Below, in pieces: positions 61,901-64,000 of a stretch of 64,000 nt of DNA. The notes below the pieces were generated by a model. It searched no databases, had not been told where the DNA came from, and worked only from the letters and a program-made list of their open reading frames with translations. Origin of the DNA: Amphiscolops sp. MND2022 (taxonomy: Eukaryota). Where the stretch lies: positions 27,962,001-28,026,000 of the forward strand of contig OZ076421.1 in NCBI GenBank assembly GCA_964187785.1. Reading direction: 5' to 3'. The translations under genes and the position numbers were made by a program. Each line of letters begins with the position of its first letter. Position 1 is the stretch's first letter.

Positions 61901-64000
61901 GAACTTCAACTGGAGCAAACTTAAAAACATGCAACTGGCCGACCCTTACTTCTCTGAACCCGCACCAGTCGATTTGATCCTAGGAGCAGATGTTTTGGAA
62001 GAACTACTGCTATCTAGCAAAATCAAACTTGGTACAGGTTTGGCTCTCACAGAAACTAAACTTGGATGGGTTGTAAGGGGCGCAGTGCAGGCAAAACATA
62101 GTATTAGCATACAAAGCCTCCACACACTGGACTCCCAACTCCAAAACTTCTGGCGACTCGAAGAAGTCCCTGATATAGCTAATCAGACTGAAGAGGAAAT
62201 GGAATGCGAGAACTTTTTTGACCAAACTACATACCGCGATGAAACTGGTCGCTTCGCTGTAAAACTACCTTTCAAACAGTCCATCGGTTTTCTCGGAAAT
62301 TTTTTCCAAAGTGCTCTTCGTCGCTTTTATGCCTTGGAACTCAAACTAAACATGAATCCGGATCTGAAACAGAGTTACTCTGCTTTTATTAAGGAGTTTC
62401 TTTCACCAGGACATATGGAGGTTATTCCGGACAAGGAAATTGCTATTAGCAACAGAGATTCCTATTGTTTGCCACATCACTGCGTGTTGTCTTTGATGCA
62501 TCTGCTAAAACCTCTTCTGGTGTCTCTTTGAATAAACGACTAATGATCGGGCCAAAGCTACAAAGTGACCTTTTCCATATTGTTTTGAGATTGCGCTTAC
62601 ACGCTGTTGCGTTTAGCGCCGATATAGCGAAAATGTACCGACAAGTGGCTCTTGACAAATCAGACCGGGATTACCACAGACTGTTATGGCGTGAAGAGAC
62701 CAATGAACCGGTGCAGCACTTGCGCATGACTCGAGTCACTGATGGGGTTGCGTCCTCTTCTCATCATTCGATCAAATGTCTCATAGTTCTAGCTAAAACA
62801 GCTTCGCCCGAAGTTCGGAGAATCATAGAAAGAGACATGTATGTGGATGATCTACTGTCAGGGGCAGATTCGATTGAAAGGGCACTCGTAATACATACCG
62901 AGTTGATCGAATTGTTGCAATCCGCAGGCTTCCAGTTGCGAAAGTGGACTTCAAATAACTTAGACCTCATTAAAGCACTTCCCCCAGACTACCGTGAAAG
63001 TAAAGACGAATTAGTCTTTGCGGCCGAATCATATCAAATCAAAGCTTTGGGCATCTCGTGGCAACCTGTCCCTGATACCTTTCACTTCAAAATTGATATC
63101 AACAAAACATCCGAGGCAAAAACGAAACGCAAGTTCTGTCAGAAATAACTCGGTTATTTGACCCCCTTGGTTGGCTTTCTCCTATTGTTGTTAAATCCAA
63201 GTGTTTCGTTCAAGAAATGTGGAAACGTCATTTAACGTGGGACAAAAAATTTCCCGACACTCTCCTAGTTCAATGGGAACTTCTACAAAAGGATTTGCGA
63301 ACGCTTACGACCTGCCGTATACCGCGAAGACTGGTAACTAAGAATGAACTGGGGCATTCTTTGGAGCTTCATGTCTTCTGTGACGCCTCTGAAAATGCCT
63401 ACGCAGCTGCAGTCTACAGTCGTGTCTTAGTTGACAATGTTTTCCAAACAGCTCTGCTCGCTTCCAAAAGTAGGGTAGCACCGCTGAAACCTTTAACTGT
63501 TCCCCGTCTAGAGCTTTGTGGGGCTCTTTTGGGAGCTGAACTTATCACTTCAGATCAGTGCGCTTTTGCTGACATGCCATATGAAATTTCAATATTCGCT
63601 TGGACTGATTCCACAGTCTTCCTATCTTGGATCTCGCAACCACCGAATACTTGGAAAACATTTGTTCGCAATCGAGTTGCAAAAATAGAAACATTAGTTC
63701 CCAGTGACCGCTGGGGACATGTCAAGGGTGAAAATAACCCTGCCGATTTGCCATCAAGAGGCGTTACTGCTGATGTTCTCTTGGACTCTTCCTTGTGGTG
63801 GAAGGGACCTGAATGGCTGAGAGACGGGTCCTGTGATTTGAATGCACACATTGGCCTTCAATGCTTTCCAAAGGCCCAAAAGATCGAAGAACATCGAACG
63901 CCTGTACTTTCGTTACCCTTAGCTGCGACTGTGCAAAATTCTTCAGTTATTGAAATAATAAATCATTCTCGTTTCCGTAGCTCTAAAAAATTGGTACGCG
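58995..64000 (+). mobile_element. BEL/Pao LTR retrotransposon (disabled gag-pol, runs off window end) with extra 5' ORF
   Basis: Putative LTR ~58995-59476 (TG..CA; start uncertain); PBS TGGTGCCGCG (59482); gag from 60301 (KLPKLNLPTFKGD, CFNCLRVEHRLDAC); protease ALLDSGSQTSF; RT MYVDD (~62838); RNase H FCDASENAY (~63377). Confidence 0.9.
59590..60192 (+). CDS. Intact 200-aa extra ORF ('ORF0') upstream of BEL/Pao gag, SGNH-hydrolase-like motif layout
   Basis: MIQVVGASSLKR..ITAISGLSVNPY..LLIWHDIINNSL..ITAIVYCQRGGLP..LLSPRK..EFASLHP..basic tail; uninterrupted ATG to TGA; homologous to 41257-41896. Confidence 0.75.
   Translation: MIQVVGASSLKRLFEFCQSNKVDLRKHITAISGLSVNPYAKSNLKNMKFQSTQGYSHHKKLLIWHDIINNSLNAHRSNNFRANTVSNLCTTLLQLKDHITAIVYCQRGGLPNIYEELTNTGILVLHVHKHLLSPRKKKNCSVLKEFASLHPSRSVELNILITLWRYQYQLSALLKTRRSQKKIPSKKNCRSQQKKIYAVL

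Overview
This is eukaryotic (animal-type) AT-rich genomic DNA with GT-AG introns, not prokaryotic; the species cannot be assigned from the sequence alone. Four host genes or gene parts lie on the + strand: a terminal exon of an LRR-like protein (3.8-4.7 kb); a 3-exon divergent B-type cyclin (7012-10290); a 3-exon F-box/LRR-like gene paralogous to the first (12901-24443); and an 8-exon FRA10AC1 orthologue (26019-57558) whose 27.6-kb second intron is filled with transposons. Most of the rest is mobile DNA: four BEL/Pao LTR elements (one near-intact, with 284-bp LTRs and a 5-bp TSD), a GalEa-like Copia, a decayed Gypsy, a decayed CACTA/EnSpm-like transposon, hAT and Tc1-type MITEs, tRNA-derived SINE-like pieces and a Helentron-associated (HINE/DINE-1-like) family. 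Two observations stand out. First, two divergent BEL/Pao elements both carry a conserved extra ORF of about 200 aa with an SGNH-hydrolase-like motif layout between the PBS and gag. Second, cyclin intron 2 is exactly a hAT-type element plus one copy of its 8-bp TSD, which looks like an intron gained by transposition (introner-like); intron 1 also has terminal inverted repeats. All calls were made by eye with hand translation; no database searches were run.
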